A DNA stretch of 64,000 nt from Sulfolobales archaeon HS-7 (GTDB lineage: Archaea > Thermoproteota > Thermoprotei_A > Sulfolobales > Sulfolobaceae): contig AP024596.1 in assembly GCA_019704295.1 (NCBI GenBank), positions 896,001-960,000 on the forward strand, given 5' to 3'. The notes under the pieces are model-generated. The model was given only the letters and a program-made list of their open reading frames with translations. It searched no databases and was not told the origin of the DNA. Shown here piece after piece: positions 11,621 to 23,219 of the stretch. Each line of letters begins with the position of its first letter. Position 1 is the first letter of the stretch. The position numbers and the translations under genes are program-made.

Positions 11621-13336
11621 CTATTCATGAGCGTAAATTAACGATACCCTATGGCCATCTTTTTCGTTATCTATTTGGTCTACTCGTGAAAAACCAAATC
11701 TTATGAGCTGAATAATTTCATCAGTATGTAGATTACCTAAGTACCTCTCTCCCCTGCCCCAAATTCTCTTCATATCATGCTGGGGCAGGATCACTTCTAC
11801 TTCGATTGACTCCTCCTTTTTCACCCACTGTATTATTTGAAGTTGTTTGGTTTTCGCTTCATTAATAGAGTAGGAATCACATATAAATGAATCCTTTGTA
11901 AACTTCCCGTTACATAGTTCCATGAGTCTCACCTTTCTCCCATCCTCATAGTCCTCCTTGTTCACAAGTATTAAGTCTCCAGTATTCACTTCAATAACTC
12001 TGTATTCCTCAATATATGGATTTAGTTGTGCTTTCACTGTAACTGGCCTACCCATGTACTTTAGAACGGGCGCTTCATTGGGATGTTGATCTTTTACGAA
12101 CATAAGCCTCTTAGCAATTCTGTCCGCCTTCTTTCTATTTAGAGCGGCAACGTTCTGAAAACTTATTGTTGCGTCAGAAACCTTTAGTCCCACGTCTATA
12201 ATTATCTCCCATATTGTGTCCCTTAATATCCCTCTCCTCCTTAATCCTGCTATAGTAGGAAGACGTGGATCCGTTCTATCAGTTCCCTTTTCAATAAGGG
12301 ATTTTATCTTTGACTTGCTCATCATAAATCCCTCTAACTTTAATCGACCAAACTGTGTGACAGAGGGTTCCTCCCATCCCATGTATTTGAAAATCCACCT
12401 TTGCTTTTTAGTGTTGGATTCGTGTTCCTTAGCCCTAAGGATATGGGTTACACCGAAATCGTGATCGTCTATAGGCGAGGCAAAGTTATACGTAGGCCAT
12501 ATAATGTACTTACTTCCTACTAATGGATGAGGATTTTTTGACGTATCAACAATTCTTAACATTACCCAATCTATCTGGGAAGGATCTGGATTATTGATAT
12601 CCGTCTTGATCCTGACTACTGCCTCACCCTCTGAATAACTACCACTTAGCATTTTGTCCCATAATTCTAGGTTACTTTCTGGCGAGTAGCTCCTAGTTAA
12701 CGGGAACTGTCTCCCATCTCTTAACCGTTTAAATTCGTCTTTACTTACGTCTACGTAAGCCTGTCCAGCAGCGATAAGTTGTCGTGTAACTTCATAATAT
12801 CTCTCTAATCTTCTTGAGGCGATTACGGGTTCACCGTGCCAGTTAATACCCAGCCATTTGAGATCTTCCTCAATCCACTGATATGCCTCTTTAACGGGTT
12901 TCTTTACCTTAGGATCAGTGTCATCAAAACGTAATATGAATTTTCCGTGGTAAATTCTAGCGTACTCAAAAGATAATATTGCCGATCTAGCATTACCAAG
13001 GTGGATAGGCCCGTCTGGATTAGGAGCAAATCTAGTAACAACTTCATCTTTTACATTGGGTAGATCTGGAAGTTCTTTCTTTTGTTCAACTTTCCTTTTC
13101 TCAGTATCTTCCTCTGGAAACTCTAAAGTAAAAACCCTCTTTTGTTCCTCCAACGGGATCGAATTTACAGTATCTGTAACCTTTTTTACGATATTAACCA
13201 CTTCTTTTGCCTTTGAACGAAGTTCTGGTCTTTCTGCAAATATCTTACTTACAACAGCATTTAGCTCAGCCTTACCATCATGCTCTATCGCGTTAATAAG
13301 TGCATATTTACGCGCTATTTTTTCTACGTCTTCCAT
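11621..13336 (-). CDS. gltX: glutamyl-tRNA synthetase
   Basis: TRFAPNPDGPIHLGN, LRFDDTDP, MSKS; archaeal-type N-terminal extension. Confidence 0.97.
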   Translation of the reverse strand: MEDVEKIARKYALINAIEHDGKAELNAVVSKIFAERPELRSKAKEVVNIVKKVTDTVNSIPLEEQKRVFTLEFPEEDTEKRKVEQKKELPDLPNVKDEVVTRFAPNPDGPIHLGNARSAILSFEYARIYHGKFILRFDDTDPKVKKPVKEAYQWIEEDLKWLGINWHGEPVIASRRLERYYEVTRQLIAAGQAYVDVSKDEFKRLRDGRQFPLTRSYSPESNLELWDKMLSGSYSEGEAVVRIKTDINNPDPSQIDWVMLRIVDTSKNPHPLVGSKYIIWPTYNFASPIDDHDFGVTHILRAKEHESNTKKQRWIFKYMGWEEPSVTQFGRLKLEGFMMSKSKIKSLIEKGTDRTDPRLPTIAGLRRRGILRDTIWEIIIDVGLKVSDATISFQNVAALNRKKADRIAKRLMFVKDQHPNEAPVLKYMGRPVTVKAQLNPYIEEYRVIEVNTGDLILVNKEDYEDGRKVRLMELCNGKFTKDSFICDSYSINEAKTKQLQIIQWVKKEESIEVEVILPQHDMKRIWGRGERYLGNLHTDEIIQLIRFGFSRVDQIDNEKDGHRVSLIYAHE

Positions 13337-13845
13337 ACTTAACAGCCACTTTATAAATTCTTACGATTCTGCATTTTTATTGTCATCGCCATGGTAAAGT
13401 TTTACGTTGTTATTAGATCTCTTTCGTCGTCCTAGGAAAGAATTTCCCTTCTCTTAGGGAAACGAGAGGAAGTATCACAAGACATTCTCTAGTTTTACGT
13501 GACCAATGTTAATTCCTATCATGACAGTCTAACTGGAAATAGAATTAATGAATCACCTACGTAAGATATGCTGAAATCCCTGAAATTCAGGAAAAAACAT
13601 TGCGTCACTTTAATATTACGGTTCTACGGGATATTAAACCCGTGAGTTCCCCATCTTTTTACGAATGGAGTTTCGGGGAATCTCCATGACTTTATTCATA
13701 GGGGCCATTTTGACGTTGCCAATTCACGTTAACAATGCATAGTAAACTTTTGAGAGATTTATGGGCATTAAATGGTACCAAATACACGAAATCGGCGACT
13801 TGTCCTAAATTTTTGTCCATTAACGGATATTTAATACTTTATGAA

Positions 13846-13921
13846 TGGGGCCGCAGGGATTTGAACCCTGGACCTCCAGGGCCCAAGCCTGGCGTCCTGG
13901 TCCTGGCTAGACGACGGCCCC
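13846..13921 (-). tRNA. tRNA-Pro(TGG)
   Basis: GGGGCCG/CGGCCCC acceptor stem, anticodon arm CCAGG-CT-TGG-GC-CCTGG, T loop GGTTCAAATCC. Confidence 0.97.
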
Positions 13922-14295
13922 ACTTCCTAAACTATTATACCTATTAATTTTAAACCTTACCCATAAAATCATTTACCACCAATGCAGAAATAAGGAACCC
14001 TATTCCACAAGATAGGACGATTCACAAATAAATAATGACAATACTTTCCTGTAATGAGGACACAATTTGTGAATTTCAATTTCAACAAGGTAACTTGGAT
14101 ATCTGTTAATGATGTAAAATTGCGAGGGTGCAATATTTAGGTATAGATACTTACTCCTTTTAGCTTATGTGATCCCTTAATGTCTTTCCGTAACTACGTC
14201 CGACCGTCACCTTTATAATTACTATTGATACTAGACTTATGACTAAAAATTCAAATAGTAAAAGAAACCTTAACAATCATCTTTCATGAAAAAAG

Positions 14296-14619
14296 TTAAA
14301 TATATTTCTCAACTAAACGTGTAAATAGAGCGGCGTTTTTCTCAGCGTCCTTTTCAGCCTGTTCTAGGTACTTCTTGATCTCCTCGTCCTTGATTAACCC
14401 TAACCTTTGTTTGTAATTCACGATTCCATTTAGCTCTTCCTCTAAACTATTGAGAATTGCCTTCAAATGTTCAGCATCAGCCTTTCCCGAAGCCTCTGCC
14501 TTTCTTTTTAAGCATGAGAAATGAACTACCGCCTTATTTGATAGGTAAGTAAATAGTTCGTCCCAAGCTATCTGTTCATTACATATATCGCATTTCCACT
14601 TAGTGTATGCTTTACTCAT
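14296..14619 (-). CDS. DUF2175-like crenarchaeal protein (Zn-ribbon-like N-terminus plus coiled coil)
   Basis: WKCDIC...VHFSC followed by a helical C-terminus. Confidence 0.7.
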   Translation of the reverse strand: MSKAYTKWKCDICNEQIAWDELFTYLSNKAVVHFSCLKRKAEASGKADAEHLKAILNSLEEELNGIVNYKQRLGLIKDEEIKKYLEQAEKDAEKNAALFTRLVEKYI

Positions 14620-14847
14620 AACTATTTTAAGATAACTAATAACCTTTAAGCTTTCTTTTTACAAGCATCGTCTTCCTTATATCCAATCATAGGATAGTGA
14701 GATAAACTTTTATTTAGCTATAAAATACGTTGGTCTCACCTATAAGGATCCTCATAAGGGTAAAAGTAGTGTTAATCACATTATGTTTTTAAAAATAACT
14801 AGAGAAAATACGCTAAACACTTCTGAAATGCAAATGATAGGACTATG

Positions 14848-15822
14848 TTAAACTCGTATTATGGTCGTCTGAAGGATTACTGCCAATATGGCGAACACGA
14901 TCTCTATTAACCATATTATTATCACAATTTCATATTCCTTAAAATTTCCGGCTTTCATGATAACATGAGTCAGCGACTGCGGTGCTTTACTCCATCTCAG
15001 AGTACCGTCCCTATTAATTTCTCCAAAGGAAATTCCCTTGAATTTAGTTCTCGCCTTTAATATAAATTCGAGAACATAAGGGAGATATAATACTGCAGTG
15101 GCGGTAAGCATATAGCCGCCTATACCTATAGCTCCAATTGTAGCTCCTATAAAATACGTCCCTATGTTGCCTGGAAATACTTTTGCAGGGTAAAAATTGA
15201 ATATAAGGAAAGCGACTAACGAAAATATTAGCGACAAGGCTAGAATGCCCGCTTCATGTGTTACTCCAGTATGTGTTAAACCTATGTACGCTAATGCTGA
15301 GGCCATAATTATTCCCTGACCTGTACCCAAGCCATTAAGGCCTTCAAGCATATTGAAAGCGTTAGCGGTAATAGTTAAGACAGCTGGAATTAATATGATG
15401 TAGTATAACAATCCAAAATTTACTAATCCAATGAAAGGTACTGAAATTGTTGTATGTCCTATAGTTGCAACGGCTAGAGGTACTGAGGCAAATACTGGCA
15501 AAAAGGCTCTTATTGATTGCCTTAGATTTAGGAAGTCATCGAGAGCACCAATGAAGGCTAGGGCAAGTACTACAGATACTATGCTTGCAATAAGCCTAAG
15601 ATATCTTGGTTCTAAAGCCTCAAGCGTAAAGGCTCCAGCCAAAAATCCTGTTATAGGACCTATTCCGCCAAGAAGAGGAACTTCACGTGAATCCCCCTTG
15701 TTTACGTCTTTCCCCTTAAAATTTCTGCTACCGGCAACATTTATTACCCATCTGGTAGAAAGGAGTGATACCACGAAAGATATAACGACAAGTAATATAA
15801 GTTTGATAAGTTCACTATACAT
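14848..15822 (-). CDS. aglH: UDP-GlcNAc:dolichyl-phosphate GlcNAc-1-phosphate transferase (AglH/GPT)
   Basis: GKDVNK, GALDD, NAFNMLEGLNGL, FNFYPAKVFPGN.GT. Confidence 0.9.
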   Translation of the reverse strand: MYSELIKLILLVVISFVVSLLSTRWVINVAGSRNFKGKDVNKGDSREVPLLGGIGPITGFLAGAFTLEALEPRYLRLIASIVSVVLALAFIGALDDFLNLRQSIRAFLPVFASVPLAVATIGHTTISVPFIGLVNFGLLYYIILIPAVLTITANAFNMLEGLNGLGTGQGIIMASALAYIGLTHTGVTHEAGILALSLIFSLVAFLIFNFYPAKVFPGNIGTYFIGATIGAIGIGGYMLTATAVLYLPYVLEFILKARTKFKGISFGEINRDGTLRWSKAPQSLTHVIMKAGNFKEYEIVIIIWLIEIVFAILAVILQTTIIRV

Positions 15823-16844
15823 TACTTTCTCCTTTCAATGGTAAGATCTAGTACTTGAGATATGTATTTTCTTGGAAGAGGATTTTTCTCGGGTAATTGA
15901 TCAATTAGTATTTTTGCTTGCTTTATATACTCCGATGCCTTTTGTCTAGCATAATCGAGAGAATACCTAAGGATAATATTTACTGCCTTTTCTAATTCAG
16001 ATTGTGATACTTCCTTATTGCCTAGAACCCTGGTTATGAACTCTTTCTCGTTCCTGTCTGCGTCCTCAAATGCCTTAATAATTAGAATGGTCTTCTTACC
16101 TTCTCTCAAATCGCTGAATTTCGGTTTCCCGATCTCGGTTTCATCCCCAGTAAGCCCTAATATATCATCAACTATCTGGAACGCGATCCCAGTATTTATC
16201 CCAGCTCTTATCGTCATGTCTACAATTTTTGTGTCCTGACCAGAAATTAATGCTCCTAATCCCATTGCGGCACCAAATAACTGGGCTGTTTTCTTCTCTA
16301 TCATCTTAAAATACCTGTCTTCAGCTACAATAGGGGAATTCTCAAAACCCATATCAATTGCCTGACCCTCAGCTATTATTATTATTGAATCATGTATTAG
16401 TCTTATACTTTCATATATTATCTGCTCGTTTAGTCCCCTTACTGCCTCTAGTATTGTTCTCATTCCTAAGGCATGAAGCAAATCTCCTGCAAGAATAGCG
16501 TTATTTATACCGTATTCAGCATGAACAGATTTTACGCCTCGTCTAAGTTCGTCCCTATCCATTATATCGTCGTGAATTAGGGTGAACACGTGAAGCATTT
16601 CTATTCCAGCCCCAGCAAGGATGGCACGATTAGTATCTCCGCCTAACATATCCGTAATCATATACGTGATAACAGGTCTGAGCCTTTTTCCTCCAGCCTT
16701 GAAGAGGTGAGTTGCGGCTTCATAAAGATTTCTTTCATACTCGTCCTGTAATCCTGGTGTCAGTTTTTCAATGATAGTGTTATCAACATGCCCGATTACG
16801 TTGTTAATATAACTTTCCATCGATATGTTTTCTAATCTCTTCAT
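15822..16844 (-). CDS. gds: geranylgeranyl diphosphate synthase
   Basis: GGKRLRP, HDDIMD..ELRRG, FQIVDDILG; true start may be 16820 (MESY). Confidence 0.95.
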   Translation of the reverse strand: MKRLENISMESYINNVIGHVDNTIIEKLTPGLQDEYERNLYEAATHLFKAGGKRLRPVITYMITDMLGGDTNRAILAGAGIEMLHVFTLIHDDIMDRDELRRGVKSVHAEYGINNAILAGDLLHALGMRTILEAVRGLNEQIIYESIRLIHDSIIIIAEGQAIDMGFENSPIVAEDRYFKMIEKKTAQLFGAAMGLGALISGQDTKIVDMTIRAGINTGIAFQIVDDILGLTGDETEIGKPKFSDLREGKKTILIIKAFEDADRNEKEFITRVLGNKEVSQSELEKAVNIILRYSLDYARQKASEYIKQAKILIDQLPEKNPLPRKYISQVLDLTIERRK

Positions 16845-17916
16845 ATTTTAAAACTTCTATACCTCTGGCTTGGATCCAGTTCAAAAGTTTACTTGAAATC
16901 ACTAAAGGTACCTTATGAAGTTGTTTGACGTCTTTAGAACCAGTAAGTAACATACCTACCTTCAACTCAAATATCACACTCTGTAAGAACTCTGTCAATG
17001 AAGCCTTTCCCCTTATGACCTCTCCAAGGGCTGGTAATGCGAACCCACTGATGTTAGATCCTAGAGCGATAGCCTTTGCTACATCCAGACCGTTCCTTAT
17101 TCCCCCGCTTCCTATTATGAATGCGTTATTCATTACATATCGCGTTTCAATTATTGAAGCAGCTGTTGGTATCCCCCAATTAGCAAACAACTTAGCGCTC
17201 TTAGATTTGGGATTATTCCTGCGTTGACCTCTTATCATCTCAACTCCTATCCAGCTTGTCCCTCCTGCTCCTGAAATGTCAACATACGAAATTCCATGCT
17301 TTTCTAACAGGTTTGCTGTCTCCATTGATATTCCACAGCCAGTTTCCTTAACTATTAAGGGTATGTCTAGGCTCCTGGATAAGTCGACAAGTTTTTCTAG
17401 ATACTCGAAATAGTAGTTAGTTTCCCCTTCAGGCTGAAACACTTCTTGTGCGACGTTTAAATGTACTGCTAATGCATCAGCTTCAATCAAGTTAATTAGC
17501 TTATCAATCTCTTTTACTGTATAATTTGCGAGTTGTGGATACCCGATGTTCGCTATCAACGGAATTGAAGGAGCCTTCTTTCTAGCGATCCTGAATGATT
17601 CCTCTGCTTCACTGTTTTCTATTGCAATTCTTTGGCTTCCAACACCCATTGGAATGCCTATGTTTTCCGCTACCTCAGCAATAGTGGAGTTTATTAGCAT
17701 TAGTTCCTCAGATCCTCCTGTCATACCCGTAATCATAAACGGGGCGGAAATTTCCTTTTTTAGAAATTTCGTTCCAATGTTAATCTCCTCGATCGAGAAA
17801 CCTGGTATTGCTTGATGTACTAGGTCTACATCGGACATAAGGGTCGACGTTATTCCATCCACATCGCCGTATAAGGTAACCTCTATATGTTCCATTTTTC
17901 TTTTCTTAATTGACAT
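16804..17916 (-). CDS. fni: type 2 isopentenyl-diphosphate delta-isomerase
   Basis: RK.EH, MTGG, GVGSQR, HLN..QE..QPEG, KETGCG, GGTSW. Confidence 0.97.
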   Translation of the reverse strand: MSIKKRKMEHIEVTLYGDVDGITSTLMSDVDLVHQAIPGFSIEEINIGTKFLKKEISAPFMITGMTGGSEELMLINSTIAEVAENIGIPMGVGSQRIAIENSEAEESFRIARKKAPSIPLIANIGYPQLANYTVKEIDKLINLIEADALAVHLNVAQEVFQPEGETNYYFEYLEKLVDLSRSLDIPLIVKETGCGISMETANLLEKHGISYVDISGAGGTSWIGVEMIRGQRRNNPKSKSAKLFANWGIPTAASIIETRYVMNNAFIIGSGGIRNGLDVAKAIALGSNISGFALPALGEVIRGKASLTEFLQSVIFELKVGMLLTGSKDVKQLHKVPLVISSKLLNWIQARGIEVLKYEEIRKHIDGKLY

Positions 17917-17927
17917 TATAATCGCTC

Positions 17928-18587
17928 TTAATTATTACATTTTACACTAAATAAACATGCGTATCTACCATCCCATATCCACTTAAACCTATCTTCATTC
18001 TCTATAGGCAGACTATATAGTGCGTACCAAAGCCCGTTCTCTAGCCTTATTAGCTCTTTTTTTATTTCACGGCTCATTAATACTGGAATTATTCCCAGAA
18101 GGTGAACTAGAGGTTCCACTAATTCGGCGGAAATAGGTTTCAACTCAACTCTATTCCTGAGCTCAACGTTTATTAAAGGCATATCGACTCTAATTGGTTC
18201 CTCTCCTTCCCTGTATAAGATACTGCCCAATCTTTCCGAAAGTCTTAATCCCCTTATTAACGATTTATAAGGTGCTATTTCATCCACTAGCTCAAGGACT
18301 TCTATTTTCTCATCCTCACTCATCGCTAATTCTTTAGCTATGTTGTTTGCAAGTATTTCAGTCTCTTTTACGTACTTTACACTTTGAGGCAAATCCCCCT
18401 TAATTGTTGGTATTTTTTTAGGCATAAATCCAACTATCTCTTTCATTTCTTTTATGTAAGGGGGAATTTCGGTGTTATCTGCAATTTCAAACTGTATATC
18501 AAAATTGTATGGGGCACGAATGACGAGAATCGGATTGTTTTTGTTCGGCAGGGGTATACCAGAAAATGGAATGGGAATAGTTTTCAA
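17928..18587 (-). CDS. conserved hypothetical protein, possible degenerate GHMP/mevalonate-kinase-like fold
   Basis: Operonic (4-bp overlap with the MEMO1 gene); ELIRLENGLWYAL resembles the MVK segment ELMNINHGLLDAL; no P-loop. Confidence 0.6.
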   Translation of the reverse strand: MKTIPIPFSGIPLPNKNNPILVIRAPYNFDIQFEIADNTEIPPYIKEMKEIVGFMPKKIPTIKGDLPQSVKYVKETEILANNIAKELAMSEDEKIEVLELVDEIAPYKSLIRGLRLSERLGSILYREGEEPIRVDMPLINVELRNRVELKPISAELVEPLVHLLGIIPVLMSREIKKELIRLENGLWYALYSLPIENEDRFKWIWDGRYACLFSVKCNN

Positions 18588-19426
18588 TTAATAATCACTG
18601 ATAAATATCCTACTACTGATGACTTATTTCCTGATGTATCTCCAGATGTTGCATGGCTTAACATTCTAGCTTTCAATCCTAACTTCTTTCCAATTACTAA
18701 TGCCGTCATGACAGGTCCATAACCACACATCGTAATGTTTTTTCGTTCTACTGTATCATAAAGTCCAATGTGATCCAATTTTAAGATCTCAGCTATCGCC
18801 TCGTTATCCTTCTTGATTACCATATCATGAGGCTCGTAATGTACCATATCTGACGAGGCTAAGATCATAGCGGATATGCCGATCAAGTTAATCGTATCCA
18901 CTATGCCCTTAGCAACTTTCTCTGATGTTTCCGGTTCCTGTAGAGTAATTTGTATTGGAACGATAGGAATTTGACTATTGTATAGATAGTATATAAAAGG
19001 TAATTGCACTTCTATTGAATGTTCATACAGGTGAGCCTTTTCATTGATGTCAACTATCTCAGAATTCCTTACTACTTCTACAGCTACTCTTTTTTCTACT
19101 CTAAGTTCGCCGAGAGGAGTTACCCACTCACCTTCAGAAAAAACATCAGCTATTTTACCCACTCCATTATGGTCTGGACCTAAGATGATTATGGCGTCAG
19201 GTGTTCCTAACTCTGCCATCTCGTAAAACACATGCGAAGCTATGGGTCCGCTGTAAATGTAACCCGCGTGAGGGACGACGAATACTGATGTATTAGGTTT
19301 TGCCCTTTTCACCCTAGGAAGAGAACCCGGACCTAACGGATGTAAAAACGCACTTTCAATCTGTTTCTTAAGTTCAGTTGGATTATTACTATAAAACGAT
19401 CCAGCCACTGCTGGATATCTTTTCAT
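18584..19426 (-). CDS. MEMO1 family protein (AmmeMemoRadiSam protein B)
   Basis: [43 protein letters not shown]. Confidence 0.95.
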   Translation of the reverse strand: MKRYPAVAGSFYSNNPTELKKQIESAFLHPLGPGSLPRVKRAKPNTSVFVVPHAGYIYSGPIASHVFYEMAELGTPDAIIILGPDHNGVGKIADVFSEGEWVTPLGELRVEKRVAVEVVRNSEIVDINEKAHLYEHSIEVQLPFIYYLYNSQIPIVPIQITLQEPETSEKVAKGIVDTINLIGISAMILASSDMVHYEPHDMVIKKDNEAIAEILKLDHIGLYDTVERKNITMCGYGPVMTALVIGKKLGLKARMLSHATSGDTSGNKSSVVGYLSVIIN

Positions 19427-20094
19427 TGAGTTAATTTCACCTCAAATTCTTCCACCGGTACAGGTAATTCTGCATCAGGAGCTATCTCCTTTCTCTCTCT
19501 TAATATCTGTCTCGCCAAAATCCAATAAAGTAGTGCGAGTGATTTCCTGCCCTTATTATTTGAAGGAATGACTAGGTCCAGATAGTCGAGTTTGGCGTCA
19601 GTGTCAGCAAAAGCTACTACTGGAATACCAATCTTCGATGCTTCCTTTATAGCCTGGATATCTGCACGCGGATCCGAGATTAACACGACTTCCGGTTCTT
19701 TGTACACATCAAGTCTGGGATTTGTTAATGTTCCTGGCATGAACCTACCTTTTATAGGTGTGGAACCGGTTACTTCTGCAAACTTCTCAATTGGCGTGAA
19801 TGCATATTGTCTTGCTGCTACAACCAAAATGGATTTTGAAGGGAATCTAGATAAAAACTTAGCAGCGATTTTCAATCTTTCATTAATCTTCCTAACATCT
19901 AATACATATAGCCCGTCTGGCCTTACCCTGTATACGAATTTCTTCATCTGACTCATACATGAGTGAGTACCTATATGAACGCCAGCCGACAAATAGTTTT
20001 CTAAGGGTACCAATAATTCAATATATCCTCTCTCTGACTTTTGAATTTCTTCCTTTTCCTCCTCCGTCAAATCATAACTTTTGTCTTCTGCCAT
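19423..20094 (-). CDS. rps2: 30S ribosomal protein S2
   Basis: [26 protein letters not shown]. Confidence 0.97.
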   Translation of the reverse strand: MAEDKSYDLTEEEKEEIQKSERGYIELLVPLENYLSAGVHIGTHSCMSQMKKFVYRVRPDGLYVLDVRKINERLKIAAKFLSRFPSKSILVVAARQYAFTPIEKFAEVTGSTPIKGRFMPGTLTNPRLDVYKEPEVVLISDPRADIQAIKEASKIGIPVVAFADTDAKLDYLDLVIPSNNKGRKSLALLYWILARQILRERKEIAPDAELPVPVEEFEVKLTQ

Positions 20095-20103
20095 GATTCC
20101 TCA

Positions 20104-20304
20104 CTATACAGGTCTAGTATATCTTATTACTTCTTTAATAACGTCTACGTGAGACATTAACATTCTGCGGCAGCAGTATCTTTCAACGCCAAGTTCGTCT
20201 AGTACTTTTTCTGGTTGTTCACCCATTTCTATCCTTCTCTTGAATTCCTCCCATTTATCGGCAACTAAACTTCCACAAGTAAAACATCGCACGGGTATTA
20301 TCAT
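20104..20304 (-). CDS. rpoN: RNA polymerase subunit Rpo10 (N)
   Basis: [11 protein letters not shown]...RYCCRRM; start set to ATG 20304. Confidence 0.97.
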   Translation of the reverse strand: MIIPVRCFTCGSLVADKWEEFKRRIEMGEQPEKVLDELGVERYCCRRMLMSHVDVIKEVIRYTRPV

Positions 20305-20312
20305 TGTGAATC

Positions 20313-20723
20313 TCACCTATACGACTTTTGTCTCCACCGTCTGGCCCCATAACGCATCCATTTCTCTGTCTCTGTCCTTCTTTTATCCCCAGCTAACATA
20401 CTTCTATCGTAATCTCGATATATTTTCACTATCTCTTCATTATTTGCAAACTTTACTATTCCTCTGGCTACAGCTGTACGACATGCATCAGCTTGTCCCA
20501 TAAATCCGCCTCCTTCGCATGTCACAAATATATCTAATTCACCAGCTATTTTCCCAGCTAATATTATAGGCTCTAATATTTTATTCCTTACAATTTCAGT
20601 TCCGTATATTGGAAGAGGGACACCATTAATGTAAACTCTACCTTTGCCCTTTTTTACGTAACATTTGGCCACCGCTCTTTTCCTTCGTGCTGATGTAATT
20701 ATAACTTGATTTTCTTCAGGCAT
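20313..20723 (-). CDS. rps9: 30S ribosomal protein S9
   Basis: [16 protein letters not shown]-terminal QKSYR. Confidence 0.97.
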   Translation of the reverse strand: MPEENQVIITSARRKRAVAKCYVKKGKGRVYINGVPLPIYGTEIVRNKILEPIILAGKIAGELDIFVTCEGGGFMGQADACRTAVARGIVKFANNEEIVKIYRDYDRSMLAGDKRRTETEKWMRYGARRWRQKSYR

Positions 20724-21156
20724 GTCTCCATCCCATCTCCTTTGCTACCTCACTCAAATATACGTAATAACCTTTCAATCTAGAATTATTTGCCTCTGGA
20801 AAACTTATCATCTTTTCCGATTGTAAATAAGGTGGAATATCGTTATATACTTTTACCATTTTTAACATTTTTTTACCACTTTCATTTTTGGGTAGCATTC
20901 CCCTGATAGTTCTCTTAACTATTCTCTGTGGGTTTCTTGGTCTCCTAATTCCGCTTTTTTCCGGATTATACATTGTCCTTACTTCAAATAATAGTTTATA
21001 TCCCTCAATAACTTTTCTTTTATCCCCGCTTATTACAATTTTCTTAGCATTAACTATAGCTACTTTTTTCCCTTCTTTCAAGTATCTAATTACCATCGAA
21101 CACATTCTCCCTAAGATCTGATTTTCCCCGTTTACTATTACACGTTCTTCGCTCAT
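20716..21156 (-). CDS. rpl13: 50S ribosomal protein L13
   Basis: ILGRM, RTIRGMLP. Confidence 0.95.
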   Translation of the reverse strand: MSEERVIVNGENQILGRMCSMVIRYLKEGKKVAIVNAKKIVISGDKRKVIEGYKLLFEVRTMYNPEKSGIRRPRNPQRIVKRTIRGMLPKNESGKKMLKMVKVYNDIPPYLQSEKMISFPEANNSRLKGYYVYLSEVAKEMGWRHA

Positions 21157-21509
21157 CGCATAATCACCACTCCTTTTACACTTTTTAAAGTATTGAGTGC
21201 ATCTTCTATATCGCCTACATCTCCTCCATTACTCCTTATTTTTTCTATGGCTGCCTTTGAGAAGTTTAATGCATAAACGTTAACTTTCTTTTTTAGCTCT
21301 CCCGTAGCTAATACTTTTCCTAGAACTATTACCGTATCTCCGTCATTTACTAGGTTATCAATCTTATAGAGATTGATAACATGTTTCTTTCTCTCCCTTC
21401 TACTTTTCGATAGTTCTTCAAAAACCCTTCTCCATAGTCTAACTTTTTGCTTTTTAACTTTCCGTAACAATATTCTGTAATTCCTATCCGTGCTCACTAC
21501 CCTACGCAA
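21153..21509 (-). CDS. rpl18e: 50S ribosomal protein L18e
   Basis: INLYKI, VLGKVL, FS..A..KI...GG; TTG start. Confidence 0.93.
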   Translation of the reverse strand: MRRVVSTDRNYRILLRKVKKQKVRLWRRVFEELSKSRRERKKHVINLYKIDNLVNDGDTVIVLGKVLATGELKKKVNVYALNFSKAAIEKIRSNGGDVGDIEDALNTLKSVKGVVIMR

Positions 21510-22302
21510 AATTCAACACCTCAATTTTCTTCTCTAACTCGTTTAGCTTGTGCCTTATCTTTTTATTGGCCTCTATTAAAATTCTTTCTGCTCTAAGACT
21601 TCCTACAGATTCTACTCTCAATATATACTTTCCAGGTATAGAGGAAACCTTAATGTTAGAGCAATACTTCACACACTCCTCGCATAATGTACAGTTATAC
21701 TCGTTCTTTACTACTAATTTTTCCCCCTCCTTTTTAAATACTTTAAACGGACATATCGTAGCCGGTTGCTTACACTCGCCTTCTATGGTAATAGTTGGAT
21801 AATATCTAACTATAGCAGCAGTTGTGGTCGCAAACTTTGCATGTTCCTTTCCATATCCAAGTCGTAGTCTTCCCTCTAGACTTATCTTTTGTCCTTTTCC
21901 CAAAAGGACAATAGGTATTTCTGAAGATACTGGTCTTACTTCTGGATCCTCACACTTGATGTCCCCGCTGTATATCATTCTACTCTCCTCTCCCTCGCTT
22001 GAGACGTCTAGAAATATTCTCGTAAAACAGTTTTCACAATTTTCCTTACATTCCATACATTCTTCCGGACTCCGGTACTTCTCTATCGCGTTTTCGGATA
22101 TAAATGGAACCATTGCAAGTCTATGAGCTATCATCTCATCATAAAGGGCACTATTGTTCTCTAAAACATAGACTTCGTCAAGGGCTATTACAGGAACGTA
22201 GAGTAACGATGCTCGTCTTATCGCATTTACAAATTCTAAAGGATACCCGTCGGTCACCATTTCGATAACTAAGTCATCTATCTCTACTACACTAATTGTC
22301 AT
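21502..22302 (-). CDS. rpoD: RNA polymerase subunit Rpo3 (D) with ferredoxin-like Fe-S domain
   Basis: [27 protein letters not shown]...[11 protein letters not shown]. Confidence 0.97.
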   Translation of the reverse strand: MTISVVEIDDLVIEMVTDGYPLEFVNAIRRASLLYVPVIALDEVYVLENNSALYDEMIAHRLAMVPFISENAIEKYRSPEECMECKENCENCFTRIFLDVSSEGEESRMIYSGDIKCEDPEVRPVSSEIPIVLLGKGQKISLEGRLRLGYGKEHAKFATTTAAIVRYYPTITIEGECKQPATICPFKVFKKEGEKLVVKNEYNCTLCEECVKYCSNIKVSSIPGKYILRVESVGSLRAERILIEANKKIRHKLNELEKKIEVLNFA

Positions 22303-22700
22303 TACACTCTTCTACCCCTTCTCCCTCCTGGCCGCCTTATTGTATCGTGAGGTAACGGCGTAACATCCTCAATTCTCCCTATTATGAAACCGGATCTTGC
22401 GAGCGCTCTTATTGCAGGTTGAGCTCCAGGTCCAGGTGTTTTAGAACCATACCCGCCAGGGGCTCTAACCTTAATGTGTATAGCCATCAGACCCTTATCT
22501 AATGCGTCAGATGCAGCTTTTGACGCGGCTAACATAGCGGCATAAGGCGACGGCTTTTCTCGATCAGCTTTTACAACTATACCACCAGACGCCTTTGCAA
22601 CTATCTCAGCACCTGTAATATCCGTAATTGTGAGAATCGTGTTATTTTGTGAAGCGTATATATGTGCAGCTCCCCACTTGATCTCCTTTTTTGAAGACAT
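22302..22700 (-). CDS. rps11: 30S ribosomal protein S11
   Basis: [30 protein letters not shown]. Confidence 0.98.
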   Translation of the reverse strand: MSSKKEIKWGAAHIYASQNNTILTITDITGAEIVAKASGGIVVKADREKPSPYAAMLAASKAASDALDKGLMAIHIKVRAPGGYGSKTPGPGAQPAIRALARSGFIIGRIEDVTPLPHDTIRRPGGRRGRRV

Positions 22701-23219
22701 CTACTCTTCTACCTCTTCCCTACTTATCGGTTTAGTTTTAAAAGGGCTTAACGGATAATAATCTATTTTATCCTCTTCCTCAGTAGTTACAAAGTAACCT
22801 GGTGATGTTACTCTTTTCATATTAATCGCAATATGACCATGCACAATAAGCTGTCTAGCTTGGTAGATTGTTTTTGCTAATCCCTTTCTGAAAACTAGAG
22901 TCTGTAAGCGTCTTTCAAGTAAATTTTCCTCTCTTAAACTCAAAATGTCATCCGTCGTCGCAGTTCCTTTAATTAAACCTATTCTCGTTAACTTTGCAAC
23001 CAATTGTTTCTCTCTTGTAATTCTTTCCGCAAGAGGAAGACCTAGTAGACTTCTTGCCTGATGTCTATACTTACGGATAATAGATCTTGCTAACCAGATT
23101 TCCCTTTTATTTCTCAATCCATACTTAGACAGAAGTTCTTGTTCTGTAAGAAGTGTTTGTTTATCCCATGGAGTAGAAGGAGACTCCCATTTTCTCCTAC
23201 TCTTTCGCGGATCTCCCAT
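22701..23219 (-). CDS. rps4: 30S ribosomal protein S4
   Basis: [31 protein letters not shown]. Confidence 0.98.
   Translation of the reverse strand: MGDPRKSRRKWESPSTPWDKQTLLTEQELLSKYGLRNKREIWLARSIIRKYRHQARSLLGLPLAERITREKQLVAKLTRIGLIKGTATTDDILSLREENLLERRLQTLVFRKGLAKTIYQARQLIVHGHIAINMKRVTSPGYFVTTEEEDKIDYYPLSPFKTKPISREEVEE

Noticed and set aside
13735-13947. 70 aa plus-strand ORF
   Set aside because: Antisense shadow of tRNA-Pro (WGRRDLNPGPP is a typical reverse-tRNA translation)
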